Below, in pieces: positions 26,101-38,837 of a DNA stretch of 64,000 nucleotides; the stretch's first letter is position 1, and every line of letters begins with the position of its first letter. Where the stretch lies: NCBI GenBank assembly GCA_964106915.2, contig OZ066926.1. One strand, given 5' to 3'. The DNA is from Podarcis gaigeae. Its lineage: Eukaryota. The translations under genes and the position numbers were made by a program. The notes beneath the pieces are model-generated. The model had not been told where the DNA came from. It did not search any database and saw only the letters and a program-made list of their open reading frames with translations.

Positions 26101-29100
26101 GCTGTGCTCACCTCCCCACCGTCACCCGGTTATGTCTCCCACACAGAGCTCAAACATAGACTCACATCTTTGGGGATGTTTTCAACTACTCTTCCCTCCC
26201 TTTCTCCTCTGACATCCACAGTTGCCAAAGCCTGCTGCTTCCCGGTGCCTGCCATTGCCTACCAATGCGCAATGTTCAGGATGCGCAAATAATCACACAG
26301 GATTCCATGCCCATTCAGGGTTGATCTTTTCCCTGCTCCTCTGCCAGCCTTCTGCCTCAATGTTCTGCCTCTTTCCTCTGCCAATTCAACAAGGACACGG
26401 CTAAAACATTCCCCCCCCCCAACCATTTCTTCACACATCTCATCCTTACAGATGGCTTGTTGTCCGCACCGGGGTATCACGTGGAACCAAAGTTGGTCCT
26501 GTTTTGATTCACCACTGCAAAGAACTGCAATCTCACACATTTCCCCTGATCTGGGGATAATCCAGTAAGTTGTGTATGTGTGCATGCAGGAGGGGGACGA
26601 CAACAACTCCAAACCACTGCACACTTTGGGAAGTAGACACTTTGCATCAGTATTCCCCCCCCCTCTCCTTATCCTTTGATTTATGCTGGCCATCTTTCAA
26701 TATCTCAAGGGCTGTTACATTGAAGATGGAGCAACCTTGCTATCTCTTGCTCTGGAGGCTAGGACACGATCCAATGACTTCAAGTTACAAGATTCCAGCT
26801 AAATATCAGGAGAACTTTCTGACACTAAGAGCTGCTTGACAGCAAACAGTCTCCCTCAAGGGATGGAGGGAGGGCCCCTGAGTGCATCTTGCCTGAGAGT
26901 CCCTCCAGTTTTCCCCGCTATCTGTATCCTTTCCTAACTGTAGACCCTCTCTAGCCAAGGACGGAATTCTTCCCATCCACTGTATGCAAAACTGTAGCTC
27001 CAAACGCAAGCTCCTCCCCACTGTCTGAAAAAGCGCTTTTGACAGAGATGGCAAGACTGAGGTATATGGCTATGCAAAACTCTTAACCTCTGAATTCCCA
27101 AACCAGTTCCTCAAAGAAAATATGGCCAAGGGACCCTGGGGAAGAGGAAGACACACCTTGCTCACTCGCATCAAACTTTTAAGAACCACCAGGTGGGACC
27201 TCACAAATGGTTTGCAGGAAAGCAGCCTCGGTAGACTGCAATTTTTAGCAAAGTGGTGGTGCTGGTAGCTGAACGGTGAGCTCTTTCTGTTAAAAAACTG
27301 CCAGGCCAAAATGGCAGGGGCAAAGCTGTCGTGGGTGGAGGTAGGGGAGGATCTTGAGGAGGAAAACAGCCAACAAAGAGTTTCCTTAGGCACTCTGCTC
27401 AAAATTGCTGCCTAGTGAGCTTGCTTTTCATTAAAACAAACCACCACCTAGGGTTTTGTTATGTTTATTTGCATGCAACATCTAATTCGCCCCTCACTTT
27501 CCCCACCCTGGGTTCATATTCGGTCCTAATTGCTTTCTCCCTTTTTGTTGTTTGCTTAAGATTGCTGAGAATAGCTTTCCTTTACTAAAATGGCAAGTTT
27601 CTCGACATGTTGGGAGGTACATGACTGAAAACATTTTCGGAAGGCGCTGCATAAAGGTTCCAATGTTTCGGGACAGTGGCTATCTATTCTTCCCTCCTGG
27701 CTCTCTACCTTGTGTGCCATATCTGTTACTGACCCATAGCCTCCCCTGCTATCATCTTCTATGGGCCCCCAAACTCCAAACTGCAAGCCTTTCTAGATTA
27801 CAGTGGTACCTCGGGTTAAGTACTTACCGGTAATTCGTTCCGGGGGTCCGTACTTAACCTGAAACTGTTCTTAACCTGAAGCACCACTTTAGCTAATGGG
27901 GCCTCCTGCTGCCGCTGCACCACCGCAGCCCAATTTCTGTTCTCATCCTGAAGCAAAGTTCTTAACCTGAAGCACTATTTCTGGGTTAGTGGAGTCTATA
28001 ACCTGAAGAGTATGTAACCCGAGGTACCACTGTACTGCATTTGCAGCATAACAAGTCCAGCAGGAGAGTGTCCAGATGTCTCTTCGAGGCACAGCTCTCT
28101 CCATGGGTGTGGTGCTGATGCTGGGGAATCTTACTTCCCTCAGAGTCGCATTTCAACATATTCCTGCCAGGGAAATGCAGTTATTTCCCGGCACCTATTT
28201 TGTCAGATGCAACAATGCACAAACATGGCAGGTGCCTCAATGTGCAGGGCCCCTCTTGCCCAGCCCATTTGGTGAGGCTAAGCCAGGGGTCCGCAAACTT
28301 TTTCAGCAGGGGGCCAGTCCACTGTCCCTCAGACCTTGTGGAGGGCCGGACTATATTGGGGGGGGGGGGATGAATGAATTCCTATGCTTCACAAATAACC
28401 CAGAGATGCATTTTAAATATAAGGACACAGTCTACTCATGTAAAAACATCAGGCAGGCCCCACAAATAACCCAGAAATGCATTTTAAATAAAAGCACTCA
28501 TTCTACTCATGTAAAAACATGCTGATTCCCTGACCGTCCACGGGCCAGATTTAGAAGACGATTGGGCCGGATCCGGCCCCCAGGCCTTAGTTTGTCTGCC
28601 ATGGGCTAAGCTTTTAAAAATGATAATTCCTATACAGTGGTACCTCAGGTTACAGATGCTACAGGTTACAGACTCCACTAACCCAGAAATACAGTGGTAC
28701 CTCGGGTTAAGTACTTAATTCGTTCCGGAGGTCCGTTCTTATCCTGAAACTGTTCTTAACCTGAAGCACCACTTTAGCTAATGGGGCCTCCCGCTGCCGC
28801 CACTGCGCAATTTCTGTTCTCATCCTGAAGCAAAGTTTTTAACCCGAGGTACTATTTCTGGGTTAGTGGAGTCTAACCTGAAGCGTATGTAACCTGAGGT
28901 ACCACTGTAGTACCTCAGGTTAAGAACTTTGCTTCAGGATGAGAACAGAAATGGTGGCAGCGCAGCGGCAGCAGCAGGAGGCCCCATTAGCTAAAGTGGT
29001 ACCTCAGGTTAAGAACAGTTTCAGGTTAAGAATGGACCTCCACAACAAATTAAGTACTTAACCCGAGGTACCACTGTAGTTTCTACACCAGAAACCTGCA

Positions 29101-32100
29101 GCTAACGGGCCCAGCTTTCTAATGGATTCCGTTTGACAACCAACTCACTCTACAAAAGCAAGCTTAGCATCTAAACATACAATTAAACAAACAACCATGG
29201 AGGGAGCAGGTGCAATTTTAGATATTCTTGTGTTCATGGTACTGGCCAAATGGTTACTGTTTCTCACTTCACGTCCAGATCCTCCCTGTAGCTGCAAATG
29301 CCCAGGTTAAATTCCTTCCCATTCTCTTGAAGGGCACTGACTCCTACAAGGAGGAGTCCTTTTGCTTGCAAATGGTAGCAAACAAATTGCATAGAAAGTG
29401 GCTACTTTTGCACTGTGCCGGCCACAACAAAAAACGTGGCTGGATTTTGTTGACTCCTAAAGTAATTGACCGTGATCCAGAACCAGCTGGTGATTTCTGA
29501 TTTCACGTGTCTAAAAGGCCTGCTGTGATCAATTGGGTGGTTCACTTTGCGGAATAAATTGCTTACAGCTGCTGAGACTTGGACATTACTGTCAGTGTCA
29601 GTCCCGGCAGCAACTAGGACTGGGGCTGCTGCTGTCTGGCAGGTGGCGTTCAACGTCAGGCGCAGTTTGGGGACTGAATCAGGCTTGGTCGCCAGGATGG
29701 AGGACCCGTATCAAGAGTGGGATGGGGGAAGGTGGCTCCGATTCTGCTTGGCAATCTCATCATGGCTTTTGTTATCACAGACCATGATGTCCTCTTGGAC
29801 CAGCTTGTAGAATAGGCATTTATTTACATTGGTTCCACTCCTACCTAAAGAGTCATGTCTAGAGAGCAGCATTGAGATACAGTGGTACCTAGGGCTACAG
29901 CTGTTTCAGGTTACAGACGCTTCATGTTACAGACTTTGCTTACCCAGAAATAGTACCTCAGGTTGAGAACTTTGCTTCAGGATGAGAACAGAAATTGCGG
30001 GGTGGCAGCGGGAGGCCCCATTAGCTAAAATGGTACCTCAGGTTAAGAACAGTTTCAGGTTAAGAACAGACCTCCAGAACGAATTAGGTTCTTAACCTGA
30101 GGTACCACTGTACAGTGGTACCTCCGGTTACGAACACTTCGGGTTACGAACTGTGATAACCCAGAAATAGCTGCTCCTGGTTGCAAACTTTGCCTCAGGA
30201 TGCAAATGGAAATCATGCGCCAGAGGAGCGCACGCAGCAGGAGACCCCATTAGCGAAAGCGTGCCTCAAGATAAGAACGGTTTCAGCTTAAGAACGGACC
30301 TCTGGAATGAATTAAGTTCATAACCAGAGGTACCACTGTACTGTGTTTCATCCTCATGGTCTTTGTCCTGTGGTGTACCACAAGGTACAGTCTTGTCTTC
30401 ATTGCTGTTTCAGCCCCCTGGCTGCAGTCATTAGGAGTTAGGAGGCAAAGTGGAAGGGATCATTGGTTTGATCTTGTTTTTATTTTTAATCATGGATTTT
30501 GCGTTTTTTTAATATTGTGCTTTTATGTTGTAAACCACCCTGAGATCTACGGATGAATGGCAGTATAAACAATTACTTACTTACTTACTTACTTACTTAA
30601 ATAATAATATCATTTGGCAATCTAGGAGTAGCTGTACTCAACAGGCTCCCCCCCTCTTTATGTGCTGTATTTAAATTTTAAAAAATAAAAATAAAAAGGA
30701 TTGCAGTATAGAAGCACAGCTGAATCTGGCCCTGTTCCTAGATGCCCAAGCGGTAGCCAGGAGCGCTTTTCCCTATTTCTGTCTTATATCCAAGTTGCAC
30801 TGTGTTTCTTTTCTTTGAGAACCTGACCCGGTCATTTATATCCTGGCCACCTCCAGGCTAGATTACTGCATTATGTTGTTTGTAGGGCTGCCCTTGAAGA
30901 CAGCATAGAAACTTCCATTGGTTTGATGTGCAGCTCCCAGGGTTCTGAACGGAACTAGTCAACCAGATTCAGATCATATGACACTGATCTTATACGCCAG
31001 CCAGGCTGGCTGGCTGCCAGTTTGCTCCCAGATTCAAGGTGCTGGTTTTGACCTTTAAAGCCCTCCAAGCAGCCTTCGACAAAACCACTGCCAGGGTAAT
31101 TATGGTGAGAGGCCCTCCCTGCTCTGAAAAGACAGGGAGGAAGCTGAGCCAGTATTTCTGCAAGGGAAGGCATGCTCAGTTCCTCTTATCTGTGCTGAAT
31201 CGATGGGAGCTAGCGGGAAAAGGGAGAGGGAATAGAAGGTGGAGCCAGATTCTCCTTTTTGGGTCTGAAATGCTCATAGCAACTAAGGAAAGTCAGAGCA
31301 GAAAGCGCTCTTTCTAACTGCAAGAGATGAAACACATCAATAAAGCCCAAAGAAATACAAATACGAGGAAAAGGAATAAGCAGAAGCTGGGTGCGCCTCT
31401 CCTTTTCTTTGGTGGAAACTGCGCTTTCCCCTTGGCCCACCATTTTTAATTTCCAACCACCCTTCCTGTAATGTCCAACGCATGGAAGAAATGCAATGCA
31501 ATGCTGACGAGGAGGGAGTGAAAGCGGGCACAACCTAGACAAGAAAAGATGGGGCATTCACAGTACCCATGCCTGCCCCACCACCCTCTCTTTGGTGCAC
31601 TAACCTACTGAGTGATCAGCACACAACCTTCGACCTCTCCAGCATCACTCAGCTGCCCACACCAGGGCTGAACAGAGGTGTGAACACAGGTCTCCCAGAC
31701 TCCGCTCCAAGCCAAATGCTCTGTTTACACTTGCTCTTAAAGGTAAAGGGTCTAGTCGTGGCTGACTCTGGGGTTGCGGCGCTCATCTCGCTTTATTGGC
31801 CGAGGGAGCCGGCGTACAGCTTCTGGGTCATGTGGCCAGCATGACTAAGCCGCTTCTGGCAAACCAGAGCAGCGCACGGCAAAACCGTTTACCTTCCCAC
31901 CAGAGCGGTACCTATCTATCTACTTGCACTTTGACGTGCTTTTGAACTGCTAGGTTGGCAGGAGCAGGGACCAAGCAATGGGAGCTCACCCTGTTGCGGG
32001 GATTTGAACCGCTGACCTTCTGATCGGCAAGTCCTAGGCTCTGCGGTTTAACCCACAGCGCCACCCCTCACACTTGCTCTTAAGGGATCTAAACAAAAAG

Positions 32101-35100
32101 AGCCTTTTTTTCATTTTCTGTTTCTCCCTATCCCATTTTTGTTAAATTTGCAAACACACACAGATCTAAATTTCCCAATGCTGGTTTTAATACTTTTTCA
32201 GACCCTGCTATCAGATCTAAAATCAGGGATGGGGAACTTGTAGTCTAACAACATTTGGAGAGCCACAACTTCCATCAGCCTTCAGGACCATCAGTCACAT
32301 TGGCTAGGGCTGAAGAGAGCAGGAGTCTGGCAACATCTAAAGGTTCTCCTTCCTTGGCTTAAATTAAGCCAGTGCTCACTAGAGCTTATCAAGAGAATCT
32401 GTCTTGAATGCAGAAGGTCTCAAGTGCAACGCTTGGCATCTTCAGGCTGAAGAAAGGAGAGCTAAAAAAACACACCTCAGGGTACCAGATCGACCAATGT
32501 GTTTGACTCTGCAAATGGGAGTTTCATATGTTCATGATAGGGGAGAGTACCTCTGAGAATAAACAGAGTTTATTTCTGCCATCACTAAGCAGCCAAACCA
32601 GTCTGGGAATTATTCTGGCTGCAAGCTTTTAGAGTCTAGGAAGTGATTCTGCTACATTCCCTAGCTCCAGCACCTCTCCTTTCAGAGAAATCGAAGGCCA
32701 ATTCCTTGTGAAGTTTAAAGCCTTTTATTTATAAATTTACTTCCAACCTTGAAGAGGGACAGGGGAAACACAGAACAGCCGAAACATCTCTCACTGTGTC
32801 TGTTCTGTTCGATTCTTTGCATTGCTTAAGGGGCTGCGGTGAAGGCCGCAGAAAGATATTCCTTACGCATCGTAAAGATGCCGGACGATCCGTGATATAC
32901 ACATCCTTGATGTAGGTCCCTTTTCTTTCCAAAGACACTTTGACATCAAATCAGATGAAGGAGGAGCAGAAGGGTTTGATTGTTCCTCTGTCACTTAAAA
33001 CACACACATACACACAAAATGCCACACCTTAAAATAAGGCAGCCTAGAAATTGCCTTTAAAAATACAACACAAAACCAACCATGTTTGCTCAGAAACACA
33101 CTATAAGATCAGGCAAGCCGAGAGCTCCAGAGATGGGACAAGCCAGAGAAATCTCTTCTAGTTCTCCACATGTGCTCAGAAGCTTTGAGGTGGTTAATCG
33201 TGGCTTTCTTTCCACTCCCATTTGCCTTCTGGCCCATCATTCCCCCCCCCTTTCCTATTTTCTCCCCGCCACAGCTCCCTTAGAAGGCACTGCAACCTGA
33301 ATCCACAGCAGGCTGCCTGCTCAAGGCTGGGCTTGGTGAGCAAAAGGTCTTAAAAAGGAAGAGAAAAAAATGATTGAGACAAGGAGGGGAAGCTGGAAGG
33401 GCATCTGTAGTTTGTTATTGTTCCTGATTATTATTATTAAGCTAGCACAGCAAATTGAAGAGGCGCTGGCAAGGCTGCTTTCAAGGATCCCAAATTAACA
33501 GGAATAGTCCCATATATAAATACATGTTCCTAGGAAGAGAAGAGACATGGTCCATAAATTTCATCCCTGTTTTGTTTTGCCTTGGGTGGAGACACAGGGG
33601 ATGCTTCCAGTTTCAGCCCCCTTTCCTTGGCATCTACAGGCAAACTAAGGCCCGGGGGCCGGATCCAGCCCAAACGCCTTTTAAATCCAGCCCACGGACG
33701 GTCTGGGAATCAGCGTGTTTTACATGAGTAGAATGTGTCCTTTTATTTAAAATGCATCTTTGGGTTAATTGTGGGGCATAGAAATTCATTCATTCTCCCC
33801 CCCCCCAAAAAAAAAAATAGTCCGGCCACCCACAAGGTCTGAGGGACAGTGGACCGGCCCCCTGCTGAAAAAGTTTGCTGACCCCTGGGCTAGACATTAG
33901 ATCTCTGAAAGGGAGCAGAGGAGATGCATGTTCAGTATTTACACACACATGTAAACATACTCACACAGGTGTAAGGAGCCAGCCAGCTGCTTCCATTTCA
34001 CCTCCCTCCTTTCACTTCCAAGACCAAATACGAAATCATGGGAGTTGTAGGCCAAAAACATCTGGAGGGCTGAGTTTGAGGAAGTCTGGTCAATAGGGTA
34101 ATGTTTATGGTCACCTGCTCCAGGAGCCAGCACAGAAGAGAGTGTTGTTGTCTACACGGACAGGCAAAGAAGAGCCTTCTGGAATGCACAGTCTTTGATG
34201 GGAGGAAGATCTGAGGCAGCGACTGGTCGTGTAAGAACCAGGGTGTCAGAAGTGCACGAGGAGGGTGCCCCCGTCTTCAGGGTGGAGGGTGGGAGCAGCT
34301 CTTCCATGAGTTCTGAGTAAAAGAGCTGTGGGAATCCAGATTGAGGGCTCCATACAGGGACCAGAATATGATCAGGCCCACAGTGAGGTGCGGACTGAAC
34401 CATAGAAACTGAATTGTGAAACCCTCTTGCACAGTCCCCAACTGGCATGTTGTGTTTGTGGATAGGCCTATGCACCGCCAAGGAGCCTGTGCAGAAGACC
34501 ATCTTGGTGGTACTATACCCTCCTGTCTCCCATGTTAATTAACAGGGACAGGAAGGGTTATTTGCGTAACCACAGGTGCCAAAAAGATCAGGAGTCAAGC
34601 TTGGCCTGAGGAGAGGAGGAGAATTATTCTCTTGCCATCCCCACTGAGCAACTGCAGCATTCCCCCCACCCACCACATGTGGGGCTGGGTGTGGTTGTGC
34701 GTGCCTATGTGAATCCACAGTGTGAGGGGAAGGGGTCAAGATTACAAACTGGGACACATTTTGCCTCACGCATGAAACAGCCTCCTCAACACACATCTAC
34801 GGTAATTGAATGATGCACTAGGGCTGAAGTAGAGCTCTGTTCTCTTTTAGACCCCAATACTGGTAAAGAACTCAAGAGGAGCCCTGGTGGGTCAGGCCAA
34901 AGACCCATCGAATACAGCACTCTCTTCTCACAGGGGCCAACCAAATGCCCAAGGGAAGACCACAAGCAGGACCTCAGCACATGAGCAACCTCCCTGCTTG
35001 TAAGACCCAGAAGCTGGTATTTAGAGGTGTGGCAGAAACGATTTGCAGAATCCTCTTTCAGGTGCACAGAGCATGGGTTTTTGTTTCCCCTCTGCAACAC

Positions 35101-35914
35101 TCCAAACATACTTATCACTGCCTTTTAAACTTGAGCATTAAAAAAGGCTTTAAAAGAAACCTGTGAATTGGCTCCAGGTAAAAGCCTCGATTCCCCCCCC
35201 CCCCAGCCTGTACTTTCTGTCCCTGATTAGTATCAAAACTGCTCCCCATCTCTTTGACTAGGTAGAAAAAGACCTTTGGAAAAGCTCCCGGTGGCACCTG
35301 ATTGGCCACTTCAGGCTAGCTCACGCCCCCACCAAAGCACGACTCTTCTGCTGCACAACATTTATTTCTACATTCATTGCATTCATTTCCCACCTTTGCT
35401 CCACGGAAAAGAGGAGGGCCAGCCAGTCTGACCACACCTAGCCCCCTAAGTTCCCTGGAGGCACACGGGGCCAGCCCTACTGCTGGGCAGAGTGAGACGG
35501 CTGCCTCAGAGGTGCAGAAGCTGGAAGGCAGGGAGCAGAAGAGAGGTGCTGGGGGACAGAGCTACTGTGTGTCTGTGCTTGCTATGGGGCTTGCACACGG
35601 TGCCCCCCTAAGCTAGTGTGGGGAAGGACACCTGTCCTGTCACTATTACCGAGGTAAGATTCCACTGCCTTCTGTACGTGTCGTGTCTCACTTGAACCCA
35701 AGTCTCTCTCCCTCCCCATTCTCTGGACGATTTCTACAGTCCTTGGACTCAAGTGATAAAGCTCTCCCTGGACTGTTCCACTGCTGGTTGCCGCTGGATG
35801 GGTTGGATCTTTGAGTAGCCCACCACCCAAGACACCCACCCACCCAAATATCTTTGTCCAGAGAAAACCAGCCTGTTGGGGAGAAGGCTAGGACGATCCT
35901 TTCCCCCCCATATA

Positions 35915-35965
<51 letters not shown>

Positions 35966-36650
35966 CTGGGAGTCCCCACCACACACACACATAGGGGAGC
36001 CATCAAAATACACAATACCCCACTTCATCACCAACCTGGAGTGGTACAGTCCAGAGAACAAGGCTCAGCACTTGGAGGAGGTATAAAGAGATCAAGAGAC
36101 GGTATGACAGCCAGTGTAGTGTAGTGGTTAGAGAGCTAGACTAAGACCTGAGAGGCCACAGTTTGATCCCCAGTCAGCCACGGAGACTTTGAACCAGTTG
36201 CTCACTCTCTCAGTCTAACCAACCTCCTACGGTTGTTGTGAGGACAAAATGGGAGGGTGGTGGTGGTGAAGTATGCATGCCACCTTTAACTCCTTGGGGG
36301 GGGGGGGGGAGGCGGCAGGATACAAAGGTAAATAAATATTTCCCCACCCCCACCCCAAAAATGGCCCACCAGTGATCTACCTCGCAGATTCTGCGCATGG
36401 AGCAGCAACAGCGAGACGAGATCAAGGTTTACAAATTAATTACAAGTTTAATTAGAAATGATTAATAACAAAGAGGAACAACAGCCACTTGGTACACAGA
36501 CTTGCAAGCCATCTGGGAGTACCTCACCCACGCAAGGAACCTGCGGAACACTGCGTTTCGACCTCCCCCATCTCTCCCCACACTTAACTTCCGAGAAAGT
36601 GAACTGCAGGGCAAAGCAGCACCATGTCCTGTTGTGCTTGCATAAGACAA

Positions 36651-36685
<35 letters not shown>

Positions 36686-38602
36686 GTGCTGGGACTTGTC
36701 AGGGGTGGATAAAAAAAAAACCCTCTGCAGCACCACAGCTTCTCCTCCCTCGATTTCAAATCTACTTGGGATATTAGATGAATTAGCAGCCAACGTCACA
36801 GCACTGACATCAGCAGAGATGCTGTCATCAGAGCAGGCGGGAGATCTAGCCTGTGTATTCACACAACACAGATTTTCCCTCCTCCTCGGCCCATGAAGAC
36901 GTTAATATCAAATTGGAGCGGGGGTGGAATGCACATGATGAGAGTTAAAATAAGAAGCCTCCCCCCCCCCCCCAATTTCTTATGCCTTAGCCTAGATTGT
37001 GTCATGCAACACATGAGGTTCTGGTCTGCATTTGCAAGTACAGTGGTACCTCGGGTTAAGAACTTAATTTGTTCTGGAGGTCCGTTCTTAACCTGAAACC
37101 GTTCTTAACCTGAGGTACCACTTGAGCTAATGGGGCCTCCCGCTGTCCCCGTGCAATTTCTGTTCTCATCCTGAGGTAAAGTTCTTAAGCTGAGGTACTA
37201 TTTCTGGGTTAGCGGAGTCTGTAACCTGAAGTGTCTGTAACCCGAGGTACCACAGAATCCATAAGTGCCTGCCCCTACCATAACCAGCCAAGATCCTGCT
37301 GTCTGGGGTGAAATAGGTCACCAGCTAAGAACTCTTGATTCTGTCCCCATTCTGATTCTTAGGGTGCATGTACAGCTTCAGCATTCTCCAGTGTGTATGG
37401 AAGTCCCTAAATCTATGATCAGTAATTACAAGAATGGAGAAAGCAGCAGAGCTCTGAACATGCACAGAGTGCTTTTTTTGTGTTCAACCACAATGGAGAG
37501 GAAGGAGGGAGGTGGGCTCTAGGAAATGAGTGACAAGATGCAGGTGAGCCAGTGCCAGACACTTGCCCTTTCGAGGAGTGGCTCCTCAAGTGCCTGTTAT
37601 CTTTTCAGAGCCAAAGGCTTCCAGCTTTAGAAAAACATAGAAACCACAACACTTTCGGTGGAGGAAAGTCATTATAGGCAACTGAGCCTCCATAAACAGG
37701 AGTAGCATTCCTTGGAATTCCAGATGCTGGGAGACGCACCAAGAGAAGGCCCTTTAGAGCTCTATCCTGGAGCTACTTAGAAGCATCCAGTGGGCTGGAT
37801 TCTGGACCAGGATCCTGCGCAGAATTCTGGACTAGATGCACTTTGCTCTGGTTCAGCCAGGCAATTAAAATACTGTATATAAATCTACATTTAGCAAAGC
37901 AATTCTCCACCCCTCCCCTCCAAAATTGGGTCCCAAGACACTCTCCCCCTCTAGGCTTTCAGCTGCGAAAGAACACAACCATTATAACAGCAAAGCCTGC
38001 AATTAAAGCATGTGCTAATAAGTCACACTACTGCAGTGGAACACACACACAGACCCACCAGGCTAAATTGCTGGTTTCCAAATCCCACCCCTCTCCCGCC
38101 ATCATTAAGATGTTATTATGATTCCCACGCTAGTAACCTTTTGGAACCCGCTCCCCCTCCAATACACACACTGACGTGTGTGTGTGTGTGTGTGTGTGTG
38201 TATGAAACATCCCTCCCTCTCCACCCCCCCCCCTGAAAACATACAAGCCTAAGTTAGGTATTGGCCAATATCCTAGATTTTCACAGAGGTAAAATACACT
38301 GCATTTTTTTTAGCCATTTACCTTTTCAATGACTGAGGTCGATGGAGAAGAGCGGGGCATGAAGTCTATTTACAACACTGATTGGGGGGGGGCGCAGAAC
38401 CCAGTTAATATGACAGGTTCGGGTTGTATGGCATTTAGAAGTGCCATGTACTGTATCTACAGATAGATATGAAATCGCACGGCTTCCTATCCTGCCGTTT
38501 GATCTAGGAATTGATTCGGCATATAAGACACAGACAAGAGGTAACTTAAGATTTTTCTCCCCTGAATAGAATCGTTCCTTACTGGGAAGCCAAGAACCCA
38601 CG

Positions 38603-38633
<31 letters not shown>

Positions 38634-38783
38634 GCACGCCGCTCGACATCCAGAGAGGGAAATCGGTCACAAGACTGGGAGGAATCCGGTGGTTTGACTC
38701 CCCACCTCCGGGTCCCCACTGATCCCACAGCACCGTAACCCTACAGTGCCCTATGCAAAGAGCGAGTGCACCGCATAGGAGGA

Positions 38784-38837
<54 letters not shown>

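Noticed and set aside
27800-30340. Repeated AACCTGAA / GGTACC motifs resembling a CRISPR array
   Set aside because: Explained by MITE TIRs and internal repeats; eukaryotic DNA with no regular spacers.
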